A stretch of DNA of 64,000 nt, from the NCBI GenBank assembly GCA_950097015.1, contig CATNEN010000039.1, positions 6,386,001 to 6,450,000 on the forward strand, written 5' to 3'. The notes under the pieces are model-generated. The model had not been told where the DNA came from, searched no databases, and worked only from the letters and a program-made list of their open reading frames with translations. This document shows, piece after piece, positions 26,340-39,039 of this stretch. Every line of letters starts with the position of its first letter. Within the stretch, counting starts at the first letter, position 1. This stretch comes from Macrostomum hystrix. Its lineage: Eukaryota > Animalia > Platyhelminthes. Both the position numbers and the translations under genes were made by a program.

Positions 26340-27431
26340 ATGTACACCTGGGGCTTCCTGCTGCTAGTCTTCTTCCTATTTCTAATCATGCTGTTTGCAT
26401 TCCTATACATGGAACAGCTGTTCTGCTTCAGCTACTGCAAGGGCAGCACCTGCTGCGACGCCAAGTCGAATGGTGAGTCAAGAGAAAGCCTTATTTAGTA
26501 AAGACCAAGCATATGTTCTCAGCATTGGTCTCCGCAAGAAATTTAGAATTGAAAATAGGCTTTCCTTATGTTTAGTATATTAGACTAGCAAATTACTACC
26601 CCACCAGAGGTGAAAAGGAAAGTGAAGCATTTGTTGAAACAACTTAATAGATTGCTCCACATAGTCCATGGTACTCCGAATTTATGCTGAACTTGAAAAA
26701 GAGCTAAATATAGTCTGAAGAACACATTTTAATGATCCAAATCGGAAGGGGTTGACAAAGACAATTTAGTATAATAGACTAGCAAGTAACCCCGTAACAG
26801 TAGAAAGATCATAGATCAAACCGAATCACCGATTTTCGTGAAAGTCCACCAGATGGATCAATATTTTCCGCCCTTTACGATGAACTAATTTTCAAAGCCG
26901 TCCGACGTCAGCATCGTCGAGATATTCAGCAATTCTTGTCGAAGACCCTGATGACAAGGCCAACTAACAATGCTCTGAATAAACCTCTATGGCGAATCCA
27001 TATTGGTTCAATAATATAATAATTAATATAAAAATCAATACAATATAATAAAAAAATAGCCGTTTAATATATAACTATATAACCAATAAAAGATTGGACA
27101 AGAATCGTTGAATATCTCGACGATGCCGATGCTTTGTGATTCTGGAAGTTGCTTCATCGGATTGATCGGAAAATTTTAGCCCTTGTTCTGGACTTTCATA
27201 ACGATTGGTTGAATACTGTGAGACTACTATTTTCTACGGTTAATAAAATGATATGCTTTAATTTCTATCTGCAACACAATCGCACACATCCGCAAAACCC
27301 ATATCGCGCGCTCTGCAGCTTCAAAACGGGACTGTGGTAAGCCTATTGGAGCCGTAGTTTTTTAGCAGCTTGCTTTCCCTTTGCTTTTGTTTTGCAATTA
27401 TATGATTACAGGTGAAAGAGGTGAATTGTAG
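26340..27431 (+). CDS. Candidate 50-aa single-pass membrane microprotein of unknown function
   Basis: Upstream donor CG|GTGAGT (~26247), acceptor TTCTTTCAG at 26334, ATG 26340, donor G|GTGAGT after 26472 (phase 1), pyrimidine-rich acceptor ending 27411, last exon 27412-27431. Product: MYTWGFLLLVFFLFLIMLFAFLYMEQLFCFSYCKGSTCCDAKSNGERGEL. No homolog recognised. Confidence 0.45.
26810..26962. repeat. Dispersed repeat with an inverted copy at ~30690-30835
   Basis: CAAACCGAATCACCGATTTTCGTGAAAGTCCA...GCATCGTCGAGATATTCAGC...GACCCTGATGACAAGG matches the reverse complement of ~30690-30835 in PUM3 intron 1. Confidence 0.7.
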
Positions 27432-28526
27432 AACTGTAGTCATTCGGTGTGGACAAACCAAAACCAAAAATTTACCTCTATAGCTGCTACCTTGAAAAAT
27501 GTAATTTTTTATAATGTTAATTGAAATAATTTATAAATTAATTCCATCTTAAGCTTTACTGTTGCCATTGTCTATTTGATGAGCGAAATATGCGGGTGCG
27601 AGAAATTTGGATTGGGGGATTAGAAGAAACCGGATCTGGCACAATGGTCCCTTGGGGGTCTCCGTTATTATTATCTAAAACATAAATTGATCAAAATACT
27701 AAAAGAGTTTCAAAATGATTTGGAAAACTAACAACAGAGCAACAAATATTTCATGACCTAGCGGCACACTCACTCGGAGTAGCAGTCGGAAAAAAGAAAA
27801 TAGATCACCAACAATGCGCCGCCGCAGTATAATTAGCCTCAGCTTAGACATTTTCAATGGACAATAAGCACATTATTAACCGACGCACTTCACGATACAC
27901 ACTACTCGCATGCGCTGACAGAGTAGAATACGAAAACGCTAAACATGCGTCTCTGTTTTGAAAAATGCCAATTCTTCAAGTCAAGTAATACTACTACTGC
28001 TAGTAATATATAAGCAACAATATTAGGAATTTCATTGAATCCTGTTACCAGAGTCACTGAATTTTAAATAATATTAAAGTAAAGCAGCACTTAAAAAATG
28101 CGGTGTTTTGCACCTGTGCTAGTTAAGAAAGGAAAAAACTAAGATGATAAAATCAGTGCAGCTTACAGAAGCCGTTGTGTGACTGAATCGAGTGCAGTAG
28201 AAGGTTCTTGACTTTTAAAAGTGCATTTTTAAATAATTTGAAAAGTAGGTCGCACGCTGATGCTGCTCGCACGTACAGAAACTTTAACAATCGAATGCTC
28301 CTAAAACCATCTGCTTTAGCCTCCTAATGAAGCAATCAAACCTTTAAGTGATTCACATATAAAAGATGCTGACAATGCTTTCCGTTAAAAAATCACTCGA
28401 TAAGAGTACAAAGTAACAACAATCCAAGCTAGAAGATTAAGAGGCTAGAATAAAAATATCAGTTCTAAATGAATAGAGAGAGAGGGACGCGCCAACAAGT
28501 GCCTGGCATCGGCTGTCATTAAAAAA

Positions 28527-31500
28527 CTAGGTCTTCTTAGACAGACGTCGCGCCTTTTTCTTCACTGGCTGCTGCTGCTGCTGCTCCGGCTGCTCACGAC
28601 CATCTTCTTCTGCTATGCCGGCCGCAGCTTTAGCCGTATCACTGGTCTTAGGCGCTGCTGCCAGCTTCTCAGACAGCAGCTGAGCGCCCCTATATTGCTG
28701 CTTAAGTGCGGACTGCAGCGCAGCTTTGGCTGACGGCTCGCCGCCTAGCAACAGGGTGGCAACGCGTTCACGCAGGCCGCAGTCTTCCGGGCAGCTGTCG
28801 TACAGTCTGTGATTGATTTGCGAATGCCGGTTTAAATCATTATGAGCAGGAGAACTAGGTGTGTATGAATTGTATTCATCTATTAAACTCACTGCAACAG
28901 AAAGAAGCAGCCGCGATTGCAGGCCAGCCAGGACACAATGTTCTCATCGGTGACAAAGTCGTTAATTAATCTAACCAAATCCGGCGCAGACGACAGCAGC
29001 CGTTTGAGCATCAGGTGGCCGGCTGAGCGCTCGATAATGTGCTGCTGCTGCTGCTGCTGCTGATCAGAGTCATCGCCAGACTGGGACGACAGAGTCTGGC
29101 AGGGAACAAACGGCTGACGTATCAGGTCTGCCAGAGCGGCGTAGCAGGCGGACTTCTCGCCTGTGATTGGTTGGAACAGTTGTTAGAGAGCGACTAGACC
29201 TGAGAAAATCCATCCCACCTCCTATACCTGACACCCTATCCATCCTTCACCCTGGACCTGATACCCTATCCATCCCACCTCCTATACCTGACACCCTATC
29301 CAGAGCATCTGCTAGACCTGACACCCTATCCAGAGCATCTGCTAGACCTGACACCCTATCCAGAGCATCTGCTAGACCTGACACCCTATCCAGAGCATCT
29401 GCTAGACCTGACACCCTATCAAGAGCATCTGCTAGACCTGACACCCTATCCAGAGCATCTGCTAGACCTGACACCCTATCCAGAGCATCTGCTAGACCTG
29501 ACACCTTATCCAGAGCATCTGCTAGACCTGACACCCTATCCAGAGCATCTGCTAGACCTGACACCCTATCCAGAGCATCTGCTAGACCTGACACCTTATC
29601 CAGAGCATCTGCTAGACCTGACACCCTATCCAGAGCATCTGCTAGACCTGACACCCTATCCAGAGCATCTGCTAGACCTGACACCCTATCCAGAGCATCT
29701 GCTAGACCTGACACCCTATCCAGAGCATCTGCTAGACCTGATACCTTATCCAGAGCATCTGCTAGACCTGATACCCTATCCAGAGCATCTGCTAGACCTG
29801 ACACCCTATCCAGAGCATCTGCTAGACCTGACACCCTATCCAGAGCATCTGCTAGACCTGACACCCTATCCAGAGCATCTGCTAGACCTGACACCCTATC
29901 CAGAGCATCTGCTAGACCTGACACCCTATCCAGAGCATCTGCTAGACCTGATACCCTATCCAAAGCATCTGCTAGACCTGACACCCTATCCAGAGCATCG
30001 GCTAGACCTGACACCCTATCCAGAGCATCTGCTAGACCTGACACCCTATCCAGAGCATCTGCTAGACCTGACACCCTATCCAGAGCATCTGCTAGACCTG
30101 ACACCTTATCCAGAGCATCTGCTAGACCTGACCCTGCTAACCAACCTGGGCAGTGGCGCAGTGCATCCTGCACAAATAGAATGGTGCCATTGGCCTGACA
30201 CAGCTCAGCCATGCGCCCGCTGACGTGAGACAGAAGGCGGCTGGAGCAGAGGGCCAGGCCGCGATGGAGCCGGTCGCGCAGCTGCTCGGTGGACACCGAG
30301 TCAGAAGATTTGCTGACAATGAGCGACATAAACTGGGGCGGAAAGTGCAGAGGGTCGCGGGGAGACAGCAGGTAGAGAAGCACCTTGCGGCCGTACTGGC
30401 TATCGATGAGCTCCTGCAGCGAGTCGAACAGTTCGCGGAGCAGCAGTTTGTGCAGCTCCTCAGGAGTGAGGCTGTGGCATTCGGCTAAGCCAATCACAAA
30501 CAAGTAGCCGTGCTCGTTGCAGGCTGATGTGCAAAGAAAAGTCTTCATACTTTTCAGCGCCCGCTTTAGGTCTTTGTGCGACAGTTGGCGCGTCACCAGC
30601 AGTGCCACCTTGGCGCCATCTCTGAAATCACCAATGAGTATATATATATATGGATTCGCCAAAAGGGTTTATGCAGAGCAATGTTTGTTGTCCTTGTCAC
30701 CAGGGTCTCCGACAAGAACCGCTGAACATCTCGACGATGCGGGCTCGTACGGCTTTGAAAGTTAGTTCATCATAAAGGGCGGAAAGTATTGATCCATCTG
30801 ATGGACTTTCACGAAAATCGGTGATTCGGTTTGGGGAGCTATCGTGAAGTAGGCAGTGGGTATTTAAAATACCTCTGTGCTCTTTCTACTGCTAATCAAT
30901 CAGCAGCTCACCTGGTGTGCAGCATGGGTACCAGATTGTCCCTAATCAATCAGCAGCTCACCTGGTGTGCAGCATGGGTACCAGATTGTCCCTAATCAAT
31001 CAGCAGCTCACCTGGTGTGCAGCATGGGTACCAGATTGTCCCTAATCAATCAGCAGCTCACCTGGTGTGCAGCATGGGTACCAGATTGTCCCTAATCAAT
31101 CAGCAGCTCACCTGGTGTGCAGCATGGGTACCAGATTGTCCCTAATCAATCAGCAGCTCACCTGGTGTGCAGCATGGGTACCAGATTGTCCCTAATCAAT
31201 CAGCAGCTCACCTGGTGTGCAGCATGGGTACCAGATTGTCCCTAATCAATCAGCAGCTCACCTGGTGTGCAGCATGGGTACCAGATTGTCCCTAATCAAT
31301 CAGCAGCTCACCTGGTGTGCAGCATGGGTACCAGATTGTCCCTAATCAATCAGCAGCTCACCTGGTGTGCAGCATGGATACCAGATTGTCCCTAATCAAT
31401 CAGCAGCTCACCTGGTGTGCAGCATGGGTACCAGATTGTCCCTAATCAATCAGCAGCTCACCTGGTGTGCAGCATGGATACCAGATTGTCCCTAATCAAT

Positions 31501-33044
31501 CAGCAGCTCACCTGGTGTGCAGCATGGGTACCAGATTGTCCCTAATCAATCAGCAGCTCCCCTGGTGTGCAGCATGGGTACCAGATTGTCCCTAATCAAT
31601 CAGCAGCTCACCTGGTGTGCAGCATGGGTACCAGATTGTCCTTAATCAATCAGCAGCTCACCTGGTGTGCAGCATGGGTACCAGATTGTCCCTAATCAAT
31701 CAGCAGCTCACCTGGTGTGCAGCATGGGTACCAGATTGTCCCTAATCAATCAGCAGCTCACCTGGTGTGCAGCATGGGTACCAGATTGTCCCTCAGATTC
31801 TCAATCACCGAGGCGACCGCCCCGGCATCAGCGCTGCCTTCGCCTGCCATCGGTTTGCCAGACAGCGCCTCCTCAAGGTACTCAAGCAGCAGGTGCTGGA
31901 CTAGCGAATGCCGCACTAGATCCTTCTGGGTCAGGGCCAGCAGGTGCTGCTGAAGGTGCTGCATCACTAGGCCGGGTCGCTTTGTAGCCAGGGCGTCCTT
32001 GAGCTTGGTAATGCTGGAAGATTTGAACAAGGCCAGCTCAGGGCCATAGAACTCCTGCAGGATGCCGGCCCTCTGCGAGGCGTTGGCGAACTCATTGTAG
32101 GCCGTCTCAATAAGTTCGGCGGCGAATCTGTGCTTCAACAGCTCCGGCGCTCGGCCCTCCAAAGCTCGGAAAACAAATGCGCGCTGCTCTTTGGCGCCGT
32201 AGCGCAGAAGCTTCTGGGCCACGAACCTGCCGTACTTGGACTTGGCTAGCGGCACAACCTGGTCTTTGAGCTCCTCGAATATCTGCCAGCGCTGCTGCTC
32301 GCTGCCGCGCTTCAACACGGCTTCCAGCACGCGGCCGGTGTCGTGCGCAGCGGCCAGCTCGGCCAGTTTGCCTCGGCCCAGGCGCAGCGCGGAGTCGCAC
32401 AGTTCAGCGACGCGCTTGGCCGGAGTGGCTTCAATCCGCAGCTCCTCCCAGGCTGTGAGCAGCTCCGACACCAGGTCGGCGTTCTTTTTCTGCTTCTTTT
32501 TTAAAATCCGGCGTTCCTTCTTAGTTGGAGGCTGCTGCTGCTTTTGCTGCTTTTTCTGCTGCTGCTGCTTCGGTTTTTTCAATTTCTTCTTATCCGACTC
32601 GTCAATGTCTTCGAAGATGGTCGAGTCGTGCAGCCCGGCAGAGGCATTTTCATTCTCATCCTCGTCGTTTCCGGCGTCATCGTCAACTTCGTCTTCGTCG
32701 GAGGCCGACTGGGGCGGCGGCCGCTTTCGCTTCCGATCGACGCCGCCTCCGATGGCGACAACGCCTCGCTTCTTGATGCTGCTAGCCAGGTTAGCGAGGC
32801 TGCGGCCCATGCGGGGCAGGCCGCCACCGCCGCCGCCTCCTTGACTGCGGCCGGCCGCTTGCGCCTTTGTTGGCTCTCTAAAACTGCCGACGGCGCCCTT
32901 GTCAGTGGCCGGCGTGCCGGACGGCTCGGACAATTTCCTCTTCCTAGGCCGAGCCCCGCCTTCGTCAGCGTTGGCGAATCCAGCGGCTGACTTCAAGTCC
33001 GAGACGGTCTTGCGAAATGCCGATGGCTTGCGACCCAGCGGCAT
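28527..33044 (-). CDS. PUM3: Pumilio homolog 3 / Puf-A / Puf6 (penguin) nucleolar RNA-binding protein, ~768 aa, 4 exons
   Basis: Exons 33044-31762, 30621-30146, 29160-28893, 28806-28527. Acidic/basic N-terminus, then AHDTGRVLE, LAKSKYGRFVAQKLLRYG, IETAYNEFANASQR...QEFYG, MLHTR|DGAKVA, YGRKVLLYLLSPRDP, SAGHLMLKRLL and NRGCF motifs typical of PUM3/Puf-A. Confidence 0.9.
29195..30132. repeat. Minisatellite, 30-bp unit GCTAGACCTGACACCCTATCCAGAGCATCT (PUM3 intron 2)
   Basis: ~29 near-perfect copies. Confidence 0.95.
30892..31792 (-). repeat. 50-bp minisatellite spanning the PUM3 exon 1 / intron 1 junction
   Basis: Minus-strand unit GGACAATCTGGTACCCATGCTGCACACCAG|GTGAGCTGCTGATTGATTAG; 18 junction copies at 50-bp spacing (30911-31761). 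Confidence 0.97.
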
Positions 33045-34175
33045 AATAGCGCCTTCTGATTGGTTGATTGCGATGGGTGCGATAAAAGGCCTTCAGAGTG
33101 CTTCGACTAAAATTTTCAGAACGTCGGCGGGTTGGCTGGAATGGAAAAAGTGAAAGCAAAAAATTAAATAAAAAATATATGAACCGAGTGAAACCGACTT
33201 TTTCTATATAGCTTTGTACTTTCTGAACTTTTTTTTAACTTCAGGTCATTAGGTTTCGGATTATCATGCTTCAGGCCATGAAGTTTCCGTTTTGCAAGCT
33301 TCAGATCACGAAGCTAGAGGGTAGCACGCTTCAGGTCATGAAGTTTTCAGTTTTTCGCTTCAGGCCAAGAAATTTAAAGTTTTTCGCTTCAGGCCATGAA
33401 GTTTCGGCTTTGCAAGCCACACCATAGTTTCTAAAGCCAACCCTTTGTTCCCCCATCGCGACAGACAAACTGGATCCAGATTCCGACTCCGAAGACGAAG
33501 ACGCAACGCCGACACTGCGGCCTCAGAACTCCAGCCATTGAAGGATGAAAGAAGTGGAATTGCAAACTAAAAAACACATTTTGCACACGTCACCGCCCCT
33601 TATTGATAATCCTAACTATTATGCATATTGCTTTCTTTCATTCTTATATATTTCTTCCTTACTTATATATCAATTCAGAGTTCTTATTTGGTTAGGTTGA
33701 CTATAAGGCCTTACTATTAGTTACTATTACGATAAGGTTTACTGAGCGGCAAAAAACACGTGCTATACTACTTACTCGGTACTGCTTTTGATAGTAGTAC
33801 GTACAGACTCCTTGTTATTTATTTAATCTATTAGCTATTTAACTTATTCGCTACTTTATTAATCAGTGAAGACTAACAATTCACTTTTAAGAGAGATTGA
33901 AAGAAGATACCTGTTAAATGACACGATCTATTTATAAATACAATGAGCCGACAAAATGTCAATAAAAATCAAAACAGAAGAATAAGCAAGTGGAATTTAA
34001 ATACCTTTGAACGATTGCAATCTGAATAGGCGTGCTTTAGAGAAAATTATGCAAAAAACAACCTAAAAACAATACTAGAAAACCGTTTTAGGACTGCAGA
34101 TAAATACAATAATGTAACTCAGTAAAATGTTAAATTACTGACAATACTTTGTATTGACTTAAACACACACAACGG

Positions 34176-34875
34176 GGTGTTCGGACGATTCTCAGATGGG
34201 AGGGTGTTCGGACGATTCTCAGATGTGAGGGTGTTCAGACGATTCTCAGATGTGAGGGTGTTCGGACGATTCTCAGATGTGAGGGTGTTCAGACGATTCT
34301 CAGGTGTGTAGGTGTTCAGACGATTCTCAGATGTGAGGGTGTTCGGACGATTCTCAGATGTGAGGGTGTTCGGACGATTCTCAGATGTGAGGGTGTTCGG
34401 ACGATTCTCAGATGTGAGGGTGTTCAGACGATTCTCAGATGTGAGGGTGTTCGGACGATTCTCAGATGTGAGGGTGTTCGGACGATTCTCAGATGTGAGG
34501 GTGTTCGGACGATTCTCAGGTGTGTAGGTGTTCGGACGATTCTCAGATGTGAGGGTGTTCAGACGATTCTCAGGTGTGTAGGTGTTCGGACGATTCTCAG
34601 ATGTGAGGGTGTTCAGACGATTCTCAGATGTGAGGGTGTTCGGACGATTCTCAGATGTGAGGGTGTTCGGACGATTCTCAGATGTGAGGGTGTTCGGACG
34701 ATTCTCAGGTGTGTAGGTGTTCGGACGATTCTCAGATGTGAGGGTGTTCAGACGATTCTCAGGTGTGTAGGTGTTCGGACGATTCTCAGATGTGAGGGTG
34801 TTCAGACGATTCTCAGATGTGAGGGTGTTCAGACGATTCTCAGATCCTAATCTGTCTGGCGTTCGGACGATTCTC
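34176..34875. repeat. Minisatellite, 27-bp unit GAGGGTGTTCGGACGATTCTCAGATGT (duplicated at ~38050-38750)
   Basis: ~25 copies between the DDHD 3' end and the PUM3 5' end. Confidence 0.95.
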
Positions 34876-35165
34876 GAGTGTGAGTTTGCTCTTGTAGAAG
34901 TGCTTCCCAAATTAATGGGTATTTTTCAGCTTGGCTTTCATTTTCGGTTTCAAGCACTTAACAAACTCTACTAAAAGTAAAGTTGGAAAGTGGAAATCAG
35001 ACCTATTCACAAGAAATTAGAAATAAAAAGAAAGTAATGTGGATTACCAATTAATAAACTCATAACATCTGAATTCTGTATGAAAAGCACTGACACCTGC
35101 AAAACAAACTCGTAAAAAAACGATTGGCCAGAGTATCAAGCACGTGGAAGTTGTCTAATAGAATT

Positions 35166-36917
35166 CTAAGAATCCGAAACGGCGGCAGATGGCGCAGTAG
35201 TCCTGGGTGGAGGTGTCTGACTAACTCCGAGTGGTCGATAGACTTCAGTGAGCATGAGCAGGACAGTGTCTTCCGATGCCCAGTAGCAGGCGTGGCTAGT
35301 CAGGGCAAACAGATAATCGTTCACCGCCTCGATCGGGGCCTCCTGCAGCACGTAGTCCAGCCGGCGGCCGCCATTCAAAGCGCTGTCGCAGACGTCCTCG
35401 ATAGATGCGTCTGAATTGTTGTCTTCACCGCTGTCATCTTCTGGAGCCGGCTGCTGCTGCTGCAGCTGACTGTGCGCTGCGGCGAAGCCCTGGAGGCTGG
35501 ACCAGGTGGCCCGAAGTCCGCTAACCAGGCGATGCCGGATGTCGGTGCCAACCCGGGCTAGACTGTCGCGCAGCTGAAGGTGCATCCGCTTGCGACCCTT
35601 GTGGTGCGGAATCTGCACGGCAGCGACAGCGTGATTAAATACAAACAAAGGATATTTGGCAAAGTCAGGAGCTAAACAGGGGATAATTAGTGAACAGAGA
35701 AGAGGGGATAATAAGTGAACGGAGGGATAATTGGTAAACTGACGGGATAATTGGTAAACTGAGGGATAATAGGTAAACTGAGGGATAATAGGTAAACTGG
35801 AGGGATAATTGGTAAACTGAGGGATAATAGGTAAACTGGAGGGATAATTGGTAAACTGGAGGGATAATTGGTAAACTGAGGGGAATAATTAGTAAACTGA
35901 GGGGAATAATTAGTTAACTGAGGGGATATTTGGTAAACTGATGGGAATAATTAGTAAACTGATGGGGATAATTAGTAAACTGAGGGGAATAATTAGTAAA
36001 CTGAGGGGAATAATTAGTAAACTGAGGGGATGTTTGGTATCTAATGTTATAACTAGGTTCATTTATAAAGTGAAGTGATATTGTGAACAATAGGGACAAT
36101 TCTCGTCTGCTTACCAAAAACGGTCACACACCTGGTCTTTGAGCTCCTCGAATATCTGCCAGCGCTGCTGCTCGCTGCCGCGCTTCAACACGGCTTCCAG
36201 CACGCGGCCGGTGTCGTGCGCAGCGGCCAGCTCGGCCAGTTTGCCTCGGCCCAGGCGCAGCGCGGAGTCGCACAGTTCAGCGACGCGCTTGGCCGGAGTG
36301 GCTTCAATCCGCAGCTCCTCCCAGGCTGTGAGCAGCTCCGACACCAGGTCGGCGTTCTTTTTCTGCTTCTTTTTTAAAATCCGGCGTTCCTTCTTAGTTG
36401 GAGGCTGCTGCTGCTTTTGCTGCTTTTTCTGCTGCTGCTGCTTCGGTTTTTTCAATTTCTTCTTATCCGACTCGTCAATGTCTTCGAAGATGGTCGAGTC
36501 GTGCAGCCCGGCAGAGGCATTTTCATTCTCATCCTCGTCGTTTCCGGCGTCATCGTCAACTTCGTCTTCGTCGGAGGCCGACTGGGGCGGCGGCCGCTTT
36601 CGCTTCCGATCGACGCCGCCTCCGATGGCGACAACGCCTCGCTTCTTGATGCTGCTAGCCAGGTTAGCGAGGCTGCGGCCCATGCGGGGCAGGCCGCCAC
36701 CGCCGCCGCCTCCTTGACTGCGGCCGGCCGCTTGCGCCTTTGTTGGCTCTCTAAAACTGCCGACGGCGCCCTTGTCAGTGGCCGGCGTGCCGGACGGCTC
36801 GGACAATTTCCTCTTCCTAGGCCGAGCCCCGCCTTCGTCAGCGTTGGCGAATCCAGCGGCTGACTTCAAGTCCGAGACGGTCTTGCGAAATGCCGATGGC
36901 TTGCGACCCAGCGGCAT
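35166..36917 (-). pseudogene. Chimeric duplicate: PUM3 5' exon portion (36917-36130) joined to the last intron and last exon of DDHD (35612-35166)
   Basis: ORF 36111-36917 is identical to the PUM3 N-terminus up to ELKDQV and then diverges. ORF 35166-35648 is identical to the terminal DDHD exon region. Confidence 0.75.
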
Positions 36918-39039
36918 AATAGCGCCTTCTGATTGGTTGATTGCGATGGGTGCGATAAAAGGCCTTCAGAGTGCTTCGACTAAAAATTTTCAGAACGTCG
37001 GCGGGTTGGCTGGAATGGAAAAAGTGAAAGCAAAAAATTAAATAAAAAATATATGAACCGAGTGAAACCGACTTTTTCTATATAGCTTTGTACTTTCTGA
37101 ACTTTTTTTTAACTTCAGGTCATTAGGTTTCGGATTATCATGCTTCAGGCCATGAAGTTTCCGTTTTGCAAGCTTCAGATCACGAAGCTAGAGGGTAGCA
37201 CGCTTCAGGTCATGAAGTTTTCAGTTTTTCGCTTCAGGCCAAGAAATTTAAAGTTTTTCGCTTCAGGCCATGAAGTTTCGGCTTTGCAAGCCACACCATA
37301 GTTTCTAAAGCCAACCCTTTGTTCCCCCATCGCGACAGACAAACTGGATCCAGATTCCGACTCCGAAGACGAAGACGCAACGCCGACACTGCGGCCTCAG
37401 AACTCCAGCCATTGAAGGATGAAAGAAGTGGAATTGCAAACTAAAAAACACATTTTGCACACGTCACCGCCCCTTATTGATAATCCTAACTATTATGCAT
37501 ATTGCTTTCTTTCATTCTTATATATTTCTTCCTTACTTATATATCAATTCAGAGTTCTTATTTGGTTAGGTTGACTATAAGGCCTTACTATTAGTTACTA
37601 TTACGATAAGGTTTACTGAGCGGCAAAAAACACGTGCTATACTACTTACTCGGTACTGCTTTTGATAGTAGTACGTACAGACTCCTTGTTATTTATTTAA
37701 TCTATTAGCTATTTAACTTATTCGCTACTTTATTAATCAGTGAAGACTAACAATTCACTTTTAAGAGAGATTGAAAGAAGATACCTGTTAAATGACACGA
37801 TCTATTTATAAATACAATGAGCCGACAAAATGTCAATAAAAATCAAAACAGAAGAATAAGCAAGTGGAATTTAAATACCTTTGAACGATTGCAATCTGAA
37901 TAGGCGTGCTTTAGAGAAAATTATGCAAAAAACAACCTAAAAACAATACTAGAAAACCGTTTTAGGACTGCAGATAAATACAATAATGTAACTCAGTAAA
38001 ATGTTAAATTACTGACAATACTTTGTATTGACTTAAACACACACAACGGGGTGTTCGGACGATTCTCAGATGGGAGGGTGTTCGGACGATTCTCAGATGT
38101 GAGGGTGTTCAGACGATTCTCAGATGTGAGGGTGTTCGGACGATTCTCAGATGTGAGGGTGTTCAGACGATTCTCAGGTGTGTAGGTGTTCAGACGATTC
38201 TCAGATGTGAGGGTGTTCGGACGATTCTCAGATGTGAGGGTGTTCGGACGATTCTCAGATGTGAGGGTGTTCGGACGATTCTCAGATGTGAGGGTGTTCA
38301 GACGATTCTCAGATGTGAGGGTGTTCGGACGATTCTCAGATGTGAGGGTGTTCGGACGATTCTCAGATGTGAGGGTGTTCGGACGATTCTCAGGTGTGTA
38401 GGTGTTCGGACGATTCTCAGATGTGAGGGTGTTCAGACGATTCTCAGGTGTGTAGGTGTTCGGACGATTCTCAGATGTGAGGGTGTTCAGACGATTCTCA
38501 GATGTGAGGGTGTTCGGACGATTCTCAGATGTGAGGGTGTTCGGACGATTCTCAGATGTGAGGGTGTTCGGACGATTCTCAGGTGTGTAGGTGTTCGGAC
38601 GATTCTCAGATGTGAGGGTGTTCAGACGATTCTCAGGTGTGTAGGTGTTCGGACGATTCTCAGATGTGAGGGTGTTCAGACGATTCTCAGATGTGAGGGT
38701 GTTCAGACGATTCTCAGATCCTAATCTGTCTGGCGTTCGGACGATTCTCGAGTGTGAGTTTGCTCTTGTAGAAGTGCTTCCCAAATTAATGGGTATTTTT
38801 CAGCTTGGCTTTCATTTTCGGTTTCAAGCACTTAACAAACTCTACTAAAAGTAAAGTTGGAAAGTGGAAATCAGACCTATTCACAAGAAATTAGAAATAA
38901 AAAGAAAGTAATGTGGATTACCAATTAATAAACTCATAACATCTGAATTCTGTATGAAAAGCACTGACACCTGCAAAACAAACTCGTAAAAAAACGATTG
39001 GCCAGAGTATCAAGCACGTGGAAGTTGTCTAATAGAATT

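Noticed and set aside
29167-30145. (SGLADALDRV)n extension in frame with PUM3 exon 2
   Set aside because: A donor at 30145 and an acceptor at 29161 restore conserved PUM3 sequence, so the repeat is intronic.
30892-31792. CRISPR-like regular repeats (also the 20236 and 58912 arrays)
   Set aside because: No unique spacers, no cas genes, eukaryotic context.
32236-32990. Plus-strand ORFs overlapping PUM3 (similar ones overlap HSP110, PHKG and RAD51C)
   Set aside because: Antisense shadows of GC-rich coding exons.
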